From: an uncultured archaeon
GTDB taxonomy: Archaea > Asgardarchaeota > Thorarchaeia > Thorarchaeales > Thorarchaeaceae
Length of the DNA stretch: 41,475 nucleotides
NCBI GenBank assembly: GCA_964590575.1
Contig: CAZPWM010000017.1
Coordinates: 1-41,475 of the forward strand
Reading direction: 5' to 3'
Shown one piece after another: positions 1 through 9,348 of the stretch (its first letter is position 1; every line of letters starts with the position of its first letter). A program made the translations under genes and the position numbers. The notes under the pieces are model-generated. The model saw nothing but the letters and a program-made list of their open reading frames with translations, did not search any database and was not told the DNA's origin.

Positions 1-612
1 CTCATCTTCTTTGAACGTTCCAACACGAGTCCGTCGCAGTTCCCTCATATGACCTCCTACACCCAATGCTTCACCAATATCGAAGCACAATTTTCGAATG
101 TAGGTCCCTGCTTCGCAGCCGACCCTGAAGAGAACCAATCTTCCTTTAATCTCAAGAATTCTGTTGTAGTAAATCTCACGGACTCGAAGGACTCTTTTCA
201 CAGAAGACCTCAGAGGAGGTTTTTGGTATAGCTTCCCTACGAACTCGTCTATTACCCTCCTGATATCTTCCTCAGGAACTCCACTGTGGAGTTCTAGCAC
301 ACAGACATACTCTTTCCCTGCTGGTAATAATGCCTGCATTGCTTTTGTTGCATTGCCGACTCCTGTAGGCAAAATCCCTGTGACGGCTGGATCCAGAGTT
401 CCTCCATGCCCAACACGCTCCACCTCGAGTATCTTCCTGACCCACGTGGCTACCTCGTGGCTTGTTGGCCCTGATGGTTTATCCAAAACAATTACTCCAT
501 TGTCTAAAAGATACTCAATCGGTAGATTGTCAATGGATTGAAACCCATAGTCAGGATTGGTAGTGCTAGATGATTTTAGTATCAATTCACGAGGATGGTC
601 TGCAGGCAGCAT
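1..612 (-). CDS. cbf5: H/ACA RNA-guided pseudouridine synthase Cbf5 (TruB family), runs off the window edge
   Basis: Manual translation from ATG 612: MLPADHPRELILKS...GVIVLDKPSGPTSHEVATWVRKILEVERVGHGGTLDPAVTGILP (DKP-GPTSH and HGGTLDP motifs). Follows rpl14e, the usual archaeal order. Confidence 0.96.
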   Translation of the reverse strand, partial: MLPADHPRELILKSSSTTNPDYGFQSIDNLPIEYLLDNGVIVLDKPSGPTSHEVATWVRKILEVERVGHGGTLDPAVTGILPTGVGNATKAMQALLPAGKEYVCVLELHSGVPEEDIRRVIDEFVGKLYQKPPLRSSVKRVLRVREIYYNRILEIKGRLVLFRVGCEAGTYIRKLCFDIGEALGVGGHMRELRRTRVGTFKEDE

Positions 613-653
613 GTCAACCAATTGACTATCACTCCTGACTAGAAGCTGAAGAC

Positions 654-935
654 TTACATCTCAAGTCTGATTTTAGTTCTGAACTTCTCAGTCAGACCTG
701 CCCCTTCGATAGCTTTCTCCACAGCTTTATCATCTGCATCAGCTGCAATAGAGAGGACCGTTTCGAGAGGTTCTAGATGTCTTGTATTGCAATTACGCCG
801 TCTAACACCACTCAGATGTTTTGGACCCGTGACTACAACGTAGCTGTCATCCTTCTTTTCAACAATAACACAATAACTTCCAGCCTCGCGGCCGACAGTC
901 TTCACACATACCCTTCCTGTTTCGTAGAGACTCAT
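654..935 (-). CDS. rpl14e: 50S ribosomal protein L14e
   Basis: GRVCVKTVGREAGSYCVIV...VTGPK..GVRRR.CN..HLEP motif; cmk-rpl14e-cbf5 synteny. Confidence 0.96.
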   Translation of the reverse strand: MSLYETGRVCVKTVGREAGSYCVIVEKKDDSYVVVTGPKHLSGVRRRNCNTRHLEPLETVLSIAADADDKAVEKAIEGAGLTEKFRTKIRLEM

Positions 936-1065
936 TGTTTAATACACCTCGCCTGATCCTTGGTCTGCATCCGAGTCACCTCAGTACATCATTCCTTTGG
1001 ACTGGGAGAATAAGGTGCCGACTCTCGAAAGCAATATGAGCCTTACGCTTGTTACTACTTTTCGT

Positions 1066-1602
1066 TTATTCCGCAAGGAATTCCTTTATAGCAGTGAAAA
1101 CGATGGTGATGACCTCTTCAAGTTCGTACTTGTCAGTGTTTATGATAAGGTCATAGATTGAGTGATCCGATACATCTACTCCATAATATTCGAAGTATCT
1201 CGCTTTCTCGCTCCCCTCTCGTGTTATAGTTTCTCGTCGAGCGTATTCGAAGTCTGTACTATCTCTCTCTGAGATTCTTCGAATTCTGTTTTCAACAGAG
1301 GCAATCAATAGAATCTTCAGGTCTGCGTTGTCTCCTGCCATCCATGCAGCTAATTGGCCGTCAATTACAGCATTACCCTTCACAGCTTCTTCTCGTAGCT
1401 TGTCATCGATTAACCTGTCAATATCCACATTTCCTTCAGCAACTCTGCTGAATTCTTCCAGAGTGAGGTTTCTCTCTTTTGCTAGCTGCCGAAAAATAAT
1501 TCCTGCTGACATTCTTCTTAAATTGAATTCTTTGGCAATAGCATCTGCTACCGAGCTCTTGCCAGTACCGTGGAGACCTCCAACGGTGATGACACGTTTC
1601 AT
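1066..1602 (-). CDS. cmk: Cytidylate kinase (archaeal type)
   Basis: P-loop GLHGTGKSS, SAGIIFRQLAKE, YDLIINT. Start moved to ATG 1602, just after the rpl34e stop. Confidence 0.93.
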   Translation of the reverse strand: MKRVITVGGLHGTGKSSVADAIAKEFNLRRMSAGIIFRQLAKERNLTLEEFSRVAEGNVDIDRLIDDKLREEAVKGNAVIDGQLAAWMAGDNADLKILLIASVENRIRRISERDSTDFEYARRETITREGSEKARYFEYYGVDVSDHSIYDLIINTDKYELEEVITIVFTAIKEFLAE

Positions 1603-1606
1603 CGCA

Positions 1607-1873
1607 TTAGTCTCGAGCTGCTTTGATGATACCACGATGTAAGGCTCTTGAGGATATTACTCCACCATATGGTCGGTTTGGGCGTTTAGCTGAATGGCTT
1701 GCTCCTCTTCTGGCTCCATGCTTCGCTTTTTTGGACAGCTGTAGCTTTGAGCCTGTGACAGCACAGATTCCCCCTGCCTTGTAGAATTTCTGCCTGTGAA
1801 CGACTCTTCTACCGCCTGGGGTCCTCACCATTCGGTTAGCTCTTGATCTGGTAAGTAATCCTGGTCGTGGCAT
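1607..1873 (-). CDS. rpl34e: 50S ribosomal protein L34e
   Basis: MPRP...VRTPGGR.VVH...KRPNRPYGG. ATG 1873 has an AGGTG SD. Confidence 0.93.
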   Translation of the reverse strand: MPRPGLLTRSRANRMVRTPGGRRVVHRQKFYKAGGICAVTGSKLQLSKKAKHGARRGASHSAKRPNRPYGGVISSRALHRGIIKAARD

Positions 1874-2025
1874 TATGTGACACCTTCGTATCTGTTTGGG
1901 GACCGTCTTGTCTGTCCTTTTAAGCAAAGCGGTGTGGGGGAAATCTCCTCGCAGCATTACGCCTTTTTCTAGATCTCGTACTTTCGAAATAATTCGTAAT
2001 TGACTAGTTCTTCTGACAGAAACGC

Positions 2026-2589
2026 CTATGAAGTAAGTACCTGAGTGCCCATGATTCGCTGTAGGATGCTTGAAAGCCCAAGCCCGACAAGAAAATAGAA
2101 CGCGTAAAAGGACAATCCAAAACCAGCAGCGGTAGGTTGTCCAGCAAATCCAATGAAGAAAGGTAGCACCTTTTGGATATTGAATGGGAGAACGACCACA
2201 ATATCGTCGACACCTCCAGTACTATAGAACCCCCTAAGGACTTGGAATATGACGATGAATGGGATAAAGAAGAGCAAAGATGGCTTACATCTAGCTCCCA
2301 TTTGTTCTCGCTGAATTCTATCAATGTATGATTTCCGCCGCTTCACTTTCTTCATGAGTTTCTCATTCTGAGTCTTTTGCGCTTTTTGTTCCATTTCTTT
2401 GTATTGCTTGATTTCCAGTTGGTACCGGTTCAATCTACGCATGTCTGTGAAACGTTTCATTGCTAGATTACTAATTGTAGAAATGCCTAGTGAGATAAAC
2501 AAGATGAAGAGCCCTGCAAACGGTGGTAATTTAAACACTGCAAAGACGGATTCGAACCAAGCCATGAAATTTCCCCAGATATCTTGCAT
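2026..2589 (-). CDS. DUF106 / EMC3-TMCO1-Get1 (Oxa1 superfamily) membrane insertase
   Basis: TM helix, basic coiled coil, then two TM helices; conserved position after adk. Confidence 0.85.
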   Translation of the reverse strand: MQDIWGNFMAWFESVFAVFKLPPFAGLFILFISLGISTISNLAMKRFTDMRRLNRYQLEIKQYKEMEQKAQKTQNEKLMKKVKRRKSYIDRIQREQMGARCKPSLLFFIPFIVIFQVLRGFYSTGGVDDIVVVLPFNIQKVLPFFIGFAGQPTAAGFGLSFYAFYFLVGLGLSSILQRIMGTQVLTS

Positions 2590-2596
2590 TTCATTT

Positions 2597-3187
2597 CTAC
2601 TCCATTAGTGTGTCTGCGAGTTCTGAAGCTGCCTCTTCTACAAGACCTTCACGGTTCTTGATTATTCTGACGGTCGCTCCTGTAATGGTGCCAACTGCTA
2701 CCGCAGCAGCCCTGCACATCTCCTGATGAATCTGAATGTCTGCAACTGCTTGTGCATCTCGTATTCGAGATTCATCTCCAGTTCTTCGACTGGCAATCTT
2801 CTCTGAATCTGCTTCGACAAGGACCACCGTCTTAGGTTTAATTGCATTCACAACCCACTCAGGAAGTCCAATCAAGAACCCATTGTTTGTCTGGATGAGA
2901 GTGTGAGTATCTACAATGACCTTGGCTGACTTTGATTTCTCAGCTATAGCTACTCCGGCCTGTTTCTGGTTCTCTCGTTGAAGAGAAGTGGGTAACTTCC
3001 GCATCTCATCTCGGTCCTTCACATGACCCGCCTTTGTTGCAACCTCGAACATCTCTGTTCCGAAGTTAAGAATGAGAACATTCTCGCCATGTTTCTCTCT
3101 GACCTGATCAACAGCTGTGTTGATAACGGTAGTTTTTCCTACTCCTGGGATGCCTGTTACAATCACGATATTTCGCGACTCAGCCAT
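2597..3187 (-). CDS. adk: Adenylate kinase (archaeal AdkA)
   Basis: VTGIPGVGKTT, NFG..M, DRDEMRKL, VDTH, GLP. Confidence 0.96.
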   Translation of the reverse strand: MAESRNIVIVTGIPGVGKTTVINTAVDQVREKHGENVLILNFGTEMFEVATKAGHVKDRDEMRKLPTSLQRENQKQAGVAIAEKSKSAKVIVDTHTLIQTNNGFLIGLPEWVVNAIKPKTVVLVEADSEKIASRRTGDESRIRDAQAVADIQIHQEMCRAAAVAVGTITGATVRIIKNREGLVEEAASELADTLME

Positions 3188-3236
3188 GGTTGATTCACCG
3201 TCTTCTGAAGATTAGGCGCTGGGTTAGATGGCCCTG

Positions 3237-3250
3237 TTATAATTCCTTCT
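3237..3250 (-). promoter_or_regulatory. Putative BRE/TATA promoter for adk
   Basis: Minus strand AGAAGGAATTATAA about 50 nt upstream of the adk ATG, which has a GGTGA SD. Confidence 0.5.
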
Positions 3251-3274
3251 GTACACTCGCCTCGAGTCTAACTC

Positions 3275-4246
3275 CTAAGAAAGCAGACGTTTCAAGGTCC
3301 TACACACTACGAAACTTACCCAGTGGGTCTGACTCTTGTCACTACCTCGCACAAGTTTGAGGTCCCAGAGACCGTGGGTTTTTTGATTGTTTAAGAACCA
3401 GTCCACACCTTCACGAATCTGGGGATGTTCGATTGAGAAACCTAAATGGGAGAGAGAGTCGAGTGCGGAGAGAAGATCCGTGAACCAGAAAGGAAATGAG
3501 AAGCGAGTCCAAAAATCTGGAGCTTTCCTGTCTGTGTAATTATCAGCTTTGAAGATTCGCGATGCCAGAAGCTTACCTGCTTTTTTCACATCTAGCCGGT
3601 TTTTGTACTTTGGATGTGCCGCGAAGGCTCGTAAAACAACTCCTGTCACCATATGCGAGGATGGTTTACTCTTATCTGGCTGGACTGGGTCCAACCGAAC
3701 AATGGAGTCTCTGATACCAAGATTAGCTGTCCTAAATGGGATGACCCATGCTCCATCATCCTGACGAATTGATAACAACCAGTCGAGTCCTAGCTTTATC
3801 CGACTATCCTTATGATATCCAGCTTTGATGAGCAGCTCCATGAATGCTGCAGAATAGTTAGGAGTATATTGGTTCCAGTATACCCCTCGAAAATCCCCCT
3901 CATCAGTCTGACATCCAAACAAGAACTCAGCAGCTTTTTCAACACCTGGATGGTTTCTATTCAGGAGATACTTTTCAATCAGGATTGCAAGATTTCTGAA
4001 GGTTTCAACTTGGTTGTAATTCTTGACAGATCTGATGTCCTCCTTTGGATTTGGATACCGCCAAGATCCATCCTCTTGTTGTTTTTTGAACAGTCTAGTA
4101 ACTTGCTTCATTTCCCATATGTGTTCTAGAGAGTCTGACTCTTCTGCCAACAGGTCCCTGCTGACGTGATACCTGATTGCATTATTCGATGAGGAAGCTA
4201 GCAGAGGAAGAGGACTATACTTCAGATGCATGAGCCATTCATCCAA
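3275..4246 (-). CDS. Prenyltransferase/squalene oxidase (QW) repeat protein, alpha-alpha barrel, function unknown
   Basis: Repeats QQEDGSW, QTDEGDF, RQDDGAW, QKTHGLW, several preceded by (W/F)L-rich helices. TTG start with an AGGTGA SD. Confidence 0.8.
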   Translation of the reverse strand: MDEWLMHLKYSPLPLLASSSNNAIRYHVSRDLLAEESDSLEHIWEMKQVTRLFKKQQEDGSWRYPNPKEDIRSVKNYNQVETFRNLAILIEKYLLNRNHPGVEKAAEFLFGCQTDEGDFRGVYWNQYTPNYSAAFMELLIKAGYHKDSRIKLGLDWLLSIRQDDGAWVIPFRTANLGIRDSIVRLDPVQPDKSKPSSHMVTGVVLRAFAAHPKYKNRLDVKKAGKLLASRIFKADNYTDRKAPDFWTRFSFPFWFTDLLSALDSLSHLGFSIEHPQIREGVDWFLNNQKTHGLWDLKLVRGSDKSQTHWVSFVVCRTLKRLLS

Positions 4247-4321
4247 TCCTGAATCACCTTGCCACTATACTACCATCCCCTTGAACACATCTTCGAATAA
4301 TCTTTGGGTCGTTCTGAAATT

Positions 4322-4365
4322 ACAAAGAAAAGAAATAGGACATGAAGGGAGTCGAAGACTCCCTT
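4322..4365 (-). terminator. Hairpin plus U-tract terminator after secY
   Basis: Perfect 9-bp stem AAGGGAGTC-TTC-GACTCCCTT (4345-4365) followed by TTTCTTTTCTTT. Confidence 0.7.
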
Positions 4366-4374
4366 TAGTACATT

Positions 4375-5895
4375 CTAGATTATACCGAGGAGTCCTGCGA
4401 CTCCTTCGCCACCTATGCCTGCAAGTTGTTCTTTTGCTATTTGCTCATAGTATTGTTTGATGATTGATACCATAAGCAATATACCTGTCCCACTCGCAAG
4501 CGCTCCCATGATATCTGCAGCGGCCGCTAGTATTCCAATTAGGAGTCCTCCTAGCCCTGCTACCACTGGGATGTAGCGCTCAAGAAGTCTCTCGAGTACT
4601 TTCTCGCTGGTTCTGAAACCTGGAATGATGTATCCTGAATTGAGTAGTTGCCTAGATACATCTCTAGGAGCAATACCTGAGATGTCAACCCAAATCTTAC
4701 TGAAGCCCCAGCAGAGCAGTATCATAAGTGCCGCATAGATGAAGACGTGCAGCCATCCTTCTATACCCTCTTCCGCAAGACGGAATATGCCCTGAGGCGG
4801 CGTGATATATTTGGCCAAACCCCCATCTGCTACCATACGACCATTGGTGCTATCTCGATAGAAGGTGCCTATCAAGTTCAGAAATGGATTATTATTTTCC
4901 GGATTGAAAGCTCCCCAGATTATCTGACCAAAGAACAGAATGTTTGCATACAGTGCCTGAGCCAAGATGACTGGTATGTTTGAAGTATATAGGAGTTTGA
5001 TTGGATACCGTGCTTTCATCCCTCTATATTTTGCATACTGTAATGGAATCTCCACTCGGACAGACTCCATCCATATCACTGCGCCAAATATGATGAACGT
5101 GACTGCTAATGATAATATACTCGGGTCATACCCGTTCCGGACTAAGAACCAACCTAATTCGACAACTTCCCCTTGTGATACCCCAATTCCAAACGCTCTC
5201 ATAAGATTGCCAATCAGAGCAGCGATGATTCCCTTCGGGAGATTTGTTGGGAATTCGTTTGCAGCTCCACCCATGTAACCAAGTGGTGAAGCACCCTCTA
5301 GGTCAATGAAATTGAGCATGTTGTACATTACTTGACCTGCAACATTGGTCATGATGAAGAGTGAAACGCCAGATCCAAGACCCCATCCTTTCTGAACCAG
5401 TTCATCCATGAGGATAACGATGATTCCTGACATGAGCAACTGGGCGAAGACGATGACCGCATCTGTGGGTTGTAATTCACCATATGCGTTACCAAGAATG
5501 TAAGCAATTGCTTGGAATGCAGTCATGAGCAGCGCGATGACTTTCTGACCACCGGTGAACAGAGCTCTGTCTTCTGGGTCTCCAAAGTCCACGTTGATGA
5601 TCTTTGAGCCTGAAAGAAGCTGCATGACCAGACCTGCAGTGACAATAGGACCGATTCCAAGCTCCATCAAGGTACCACGGGTACTAGCAAGAATAACTCT
5701 CATTGCCCAGAGATAGTCTGTTCCTACATTCTTGTCCACGCCATATAGTGGCATGTGTGACATGATAAGGAATATTATGAGAATAAGAGCAGTCCAGACA
5801 AATTTCTCTCTAAAGCTCACCTCGCGATCTGGAGCTTTTACTTCCGGCATTATCCTTACAAATGGAGATAATGCTTTGAGGAACGTACTGGTCAT
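4375..5895 (-). CDS. secY: Preprotein translocase SecY/Sec61alpha
   Basis: GTLMELGIGPIVTAG, GLGSGVSLFI, YPIKLLYTSNIPVIL, IPGFR, SGTGILLMV. Confidence 0.98.
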   Translation of the reverse strand: MTSTFLKALSPFVRIMPEVKAPDREVSFREKFVWTALILIIFLIMSHMPLYGVDKNVGTDYLWAMRVILASTRGTLMELGIGPIVTAGLVMQLLSGSKIINVDFGDPEDRALFTGGQKVIALLMTAFQAIAYILGNAYGELQPTDAVIVFAQLLMSGIIVILMDELVQKGWGLGSGVSLFIMTNVAGQVMYNMLNFIDLEGASPLGYMGGAANEFPTNLPKGIIAALIGNLMRAFGIGVSQGEVVELGWFLVRNGYDPSILSLAVTFIIFGAVIWMESVRVEIPLQYAKYRGMKARYPIKLLYTSNIPVILAQALYANILFFGQIIWGAFNPENNNPFLNLIGTFYRDSTNGRMVADGGLAKYITPPQGIFRLAEEGIEGWLHVFIYAALMILLCWGFSKIWVDISGIAPRDVSRQLLNSGYIIPGFRTSEKVLERLLERYIPVVAGLGGLLIGILAAAADIMGALASGTGILLMVSIIKQYYEQIAKEQLAGIGGEGVAGLLGII

Positions 5896-5941
5896 TCACA
5901 TTTGTCTCCTGAAGGGTCTTTTCGGGTCCAGCTGGCCTTCA

Positions 5942-5956
5942 CCTTTAAAGCTTTCC
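5942..5956 (-). promoter_or_regulatory. Putative internal BRE/TATA promoter for secY
   Basis: Minus strand GGAAAGCTTTAAAGG in the rpl15-secY gap. Confidence 0.55.
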
Positions 5957-5963
5957 AGACGGA

Positions 5964-6413
5964 TTATTCAACTGGAAGGTCGATAGTACCTCCGATACCC
6001 GCGACTTTCTCCCTGGCTCTTGGAGTAATAGCTTTCACACCAACTAGATTCAACTTTCGGGTCACTTTTCCAGAACCCAGGATTCTATCAATTCCCATCT
6101 TGGATACATCAATGTTGTATCTCTTCCCGGTCATTGTGGCAACACCCTGCTCTACAAGCCTGTCTGCAGCTTCATCAATATCTCCAATATTGATAGCGAC
6201 GAGGTTATCAATCACCTTCTGTGGTCTCTTAAAGCCCCACTTGCCAAAATACCTGGGGTTCTCCTGCATCACTTTGATGTAGTGATGCTTTTTGGACCCG
6301 GCCATTCCTTTACCGCCTCTTTGTCCAGCAGCTCGATGACCTTTGGTACGACCATATCCAGCCGAACGGATAGCTCTCAATTTGTTAATTTTCTTTGATC
6401 CTCGTTTCTGCAT
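5964..6413 (-). CDS. rpl15: 50S ribosomal protein uL15
   Basis: GYG...HR..GQRGGKGMAG.KKH, YFGKWGF, ILGSG. Start moved to ATG 6413 to avoid overlapping hsp20. Confidence 0.96.
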   Translation of the reverse strand: MQKRGSKKINKLRAIRSAGYGRTKGHRAAGQRGGKGMAGSKKHHYIKVMQENPRYFGKWGFKRPQKVIDNLVAINIGDIDEAADRLVEQGVATMTGKRYNIDVSKMGIDRILGSGKVTRKLNLVGVKAITPRAREKVAGIGGTIDLPVE

Positions 6414-6429
6414 TTTCAGATTCTCCTCT

Positions 6430-6963
6430 CTATGCCTTTTTGAGGCGCACCTCCAGTACGCCATTACGAATCGCTGATTTCGCACCATCCTGCAGAACTT
6501 TAGATGGAAGCTCAATGACTTTATGATAGGGTCTTTCAGGGTTATCTGCATGAATTGTGATTGATGTTCCCTTGATTCGTACCTTTATCTCATCCCTTTC
6601 CACACCTGGTAGCTCTGCAACAACGATTATCTCGTCGTTCTCTTCGACAACATCCACTAGGGGTTCCAAGCTGGGAGTTGATTCCGCACCTTCATCCATC
6701 GGTGGATTTCCAAAGCGCTGAATGATGGGTTTTCCATCTGGGCCTGCTTTCATTGAGAATCCGAAAACGAATGGACTAGTACCTCTAGGATTCTTGACCA
6801 TCTCTTCAAATGCTTCACTATCAAATAGTGTGCCTTCATTCATCTCACTCATCATTCGTTCCATCATCTCCTCGATCTGACGGAACATCTCCTCTGGGAT
6901 GAAATCACCAAACCAGCGTCGGAGTTTCTTCCTGGTTTCATCATCACGGTCGTCCCAAGACAT
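6430..6963 (-). CDS. hsp20: Archaeal small heat shock protein Hsp20
   Basis: FVFGFSMKAGPDGKPIIQRFGN; alpha-crystallin domain EPLVDV...VVAELPGV...NGVLEVRL; GAGGTG SD. Confidence 0.93.
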   Translation of the reverse strand: MSWDDRDDETRKKLRRWFGDFIPEEMFRQIEEMMERMMSEMNEGTLFDSEAFEEMVKNPRGTSPFVFGFSMKAGPDGKPIIQRFGNPPMDEGAESTPSLEPLVDVVEENDEIIVVAELPGVERDEIKVRIKGTSITIHADNPERPYHKVIELPSKVLQDGAKSAIRNGVLEVRLKKA

Positions 6964-6974
6964 TTTTTTACACC

Positions 6975-7457
6975 TCATATCATTCTTAGGGCAAGACTAT
7001 TGATATCTTCCCCACGGTCTCCAGTAATTCCCCCCATGCCCACGCTGAGGTTCTTCTTTCCATTATAGCCCTTGCTGGGTGGAGTTAGTCTGAATACTGG
7101 CTTTAGTCCCTCTACATCTTTGACACTTGCCTTCCCCGAGGCTATTGCCTTTGCGAGAGCACTGATACTACTATACTTTGAGTTCTTCTTCACGTAGCTG
7201 TCAGTAAGTCTTCCATTTCCGGGCAAGCGCCCTCTTTTTGTGAGTAGCTTTACAATGACCTCTTCAGAGGGCTCTCCCCAAGTAATGTAGTCTTTGGCTT
7301 TCGTAATCATACCTTGCAGGCTAGGTGTGACCTCCAATATCCTTGCTTGATGAAGTCGTCCAAGTAGAAGCTTGTCTAATGTGTCTTCAATCTGTGGCCT
7401 TACTCTGACCTGTCCTCGCACTCGAATAACAAGTACAACCTTCTCTGCTTCGCTCAT
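6975..7457 (-). CDS. rpl30: 50S ribosomal protein uL30
   Basis: VIRVRG, KDYITWGE, KPVFRLTPP..G. Confidence 0.96.
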   Translation of the reverse strand: MSEAEKVVLVIRVRGQVRVRPQIEDTLDKLLLGRLHQARILEVTPSLQGMITKAKDYITWGEPSEEVIVKLLTKRGRLPGNGRLTDSYVKKNSKYSSISALAKAIASGKASVKDVEGLKPVFRLTPPSKGYNGKKNLSVGMGGITGDRGEDINSLALRMI

Positions 7458-8131
7458 ATTTCAGCAGCTCCTGATGTAACCCACTCTTGCGGTGGAAGCA
7501 TTTGGTACGTCTTTATCAACGCATTAACGAAAGCTTTTGCAAAGTTCGATGAAGTTCGAGACCGTCCTTTTGAAATCGACCAGACATCATGCAGTCCTGC
7601 GATTCTTAGCACAATCTTTCCGACATCTGCTGTAACGAGACCTGTTCCCTTTGGTGCTGGCCTAAGTGTTACAGATACTGACCCAGAAGATCCATCAACT
7701 TGGAATGGAATACTATGAGGATCCTGACATCTACATTCCCAAGAACCACAGCCCCTTCGGAACATCGTGATGTTTAGCTTGGCTCTTGCTTCAGCTGCTC
7801 GTACAGATGGTACAAATTCGGGCGCCTTACCAACACCAATTCCAATAACACCTTCACCATTACCAACAACAACAGTAATTCTGAAACTTTTCTGCTGCCC
7901 ACTATCAGACTGTCGCTGTACAAGAGATACATCTACAACTTCCTGTCGGAGATCTGGAAACAGAGCATCTACAATCTCAGGTTCTCTAATTCTATAGTTG
8001 TTCTGCAAAATCTCATCAATAGAGTTGATGTGTCCTTCCTTCACCAGTCTACCAAGTTTTGTCTTGGGAACCCACTCATCTAGCGGGTTAATCTCTTGGC
8101 GAGGTTGTCTTCGTCTTCTTTGTTTACTCAT
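7454..8131 (-). CDS. rps5: 30S ribosomal protein uS5
   Basis: WVPKTKLGRLVK, RRGCGSWEC, PAPKGTGLV. Confidence 0.97.
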   Translation of the reverse strand: MSKQRRRRQPRQEINPLDEWVPKTKLGRLVKEGHINSIDEILQNNYRIREPEIVDALFPDLRQEVVDVSLVQRQSDSGQQKSFRITVVVGNGEGVIGIGVGKAPEFVPSVRAAEARAKLNITMFRRGCGSWECRCQDPHSIPFQVDGSSGSVSVTLRPAPKGTGLVTADVGKIVLRIAGLHDVWSISKGRSRTSSNFAKAFVNALIKTYQMLPPQEWVTSGAAEI

Positions 8132-8144
8132 CACATATCATCCC

Positions 8145-8900
8145 CTATGCGGTACGCCTCTTGCCTTTCTTCCCTTTGCCTCTAGCTATCAACTTCTTTG
8201 GCTTTGGTTTCCGAGGTATAGCCCGTGGAGGTTTGACAGAGGGTCTCTCTCTCTTGGGTTTCTTTGCTTTTTCAGCAGCAGCCTTCTTCGTTGGCGCTTT
8301 GGTTGTCTTCTTCTTCTTCAGTTGAGCAGCGGGAATAGCTTCGAGAGCTTTCTTGACCGTTTCGACCTTCTTGGGAATAGTCGTTATGGTCGTTTTCTTT
8401 TTCCCTAACTCACTAAACATGTTTGACTTGTCACCAAAGTGGTTGTAAGATGCTACAATGTGCTCGCCCGAGATTCTTGATTCATCAGGGAGGATCTCTG
8501 GACTATGAGGCACCTCAAGACCTGCATCAACAGCGCCTTTCAATGCTGCATAAATCCTTGAACCTTTAACTGGAGGATTCAGCCCCACATCTAGTACAGC
8601 TTCTTTCACACCTCTGCTTTTAGCTCTTAGACCTACTAAGAAACCTGTCAAGTATGCAGCAGGGATGTTCCCTGTTCCAGCGGTCCATCCATGGTCGCCA
8701 AGCTCAGCGGAGATGGCAGATGCAACAGTTGAATCACCGACAACACTAGCATTGACTATCTGTACTATTGTGTTTGTATTTGTCTTTCTCACTACGAGTC
8801 TTGGGCGTTTAGAGAGTAGCAGACGTCTACGACGATAGTAGTTGGTCTTGCCTTCTCTCCTGCGTCGAAACTTGACTCTATATGTTGGTCCATGTGCCAT
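8145..8900 (-). CDS. rpl18: 50S ribosomal protein uL18 with Lys/Pro-rich C-terminal extension
   Basis: [37 protein letters not shown]. Confidence 0.97.
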   Translation of the reverse strand: MAHGPTYRVKFRRRREGKTNYYRRRRLLLSKRPRLVVRKTNTNTIVQIVNASVVGDSTVASAISAELGDHGWTAGTGNIPAAYLTGFLVGLRAKSRGVKEAVLDVGLNPPVKGSRIYAALKGAVDAGLEVPHSPEILPDESRISGEHIVASYNHFGDKSNMFSELGKKKTTITTIPKKVETVKKALEAIPAAQLKKKKTTKAPTKKAAAEKAKKPKRERPSVKPPRAIPRKPKPKKLIARGKGKKGKRRTA

Positions 8901-9346
8901 TATTTGGACAGCCTCCGCTCAGATATGTATGTTCTAAGATGGGCAGTGTTTCGGAATGCATTTCCTTTAGCCTTTAGATACAGCTCTCTATAGACCTTGG
9001 GGGCAATCTTTCCCTCTTCCCGAAGTTTGTGAAGTTCCTTCCGCATTGGTCGTATCTTCATCATCCATCGGTCCTTGCCGCTTAGTTTGGATGTTGCTTT
9101 TCCTTTCTTCCTTCCTGGACCTGTCCTCTGACCTTTTCGCTTCTGGCGAAGATTGTATCGTGCACGACCTCTACTGACACCGCGGACTGGTCTCTTCTGA
9201 ATAGCTCCTTCATCCACAAGACGTCGGACATCATCCCGGGTAATCGCTAGACTAATCTCATCCTCGAAATCAGGATCCATCCATACACGGGTCTGACCAC
9301 ATTTCATCACATCTGCGGCTAATCTTTTCTGAGTACTAAGTTTCAT
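8900..9346 (-). CDS. rpl19e: 50S ribosomal protein L19e
   Basis: QKRLAA....[21 protein letters not shown]. Confidence 0.97.
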   Translation of the reverse strand: MKLSTQKRLAADVMKCGQTRVWMDPDFEDEISLAITRDDVRRLVDEGAIQKRPVRGVSRGRARYNLRQKRKGQRTGPGRKKGKATSKLSGKDRWMMKIRPMRKELHKLREEGKIAPKVYRELYLKAKGNAFRNTAHLRTYISERRLSK

Positions 9347-9348
9347 TA

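Noticed and set aside
49-541. Plus-strand ORFs 49-231 and 353-541
   Set aside because: Antisense shadows of cbf5
6414-6551. N-terminal extension of the uL15 ORF overlapping hsp20
   Set aside because: ATG 6413 gives a normal-length protein with an SD-like sequence upstream
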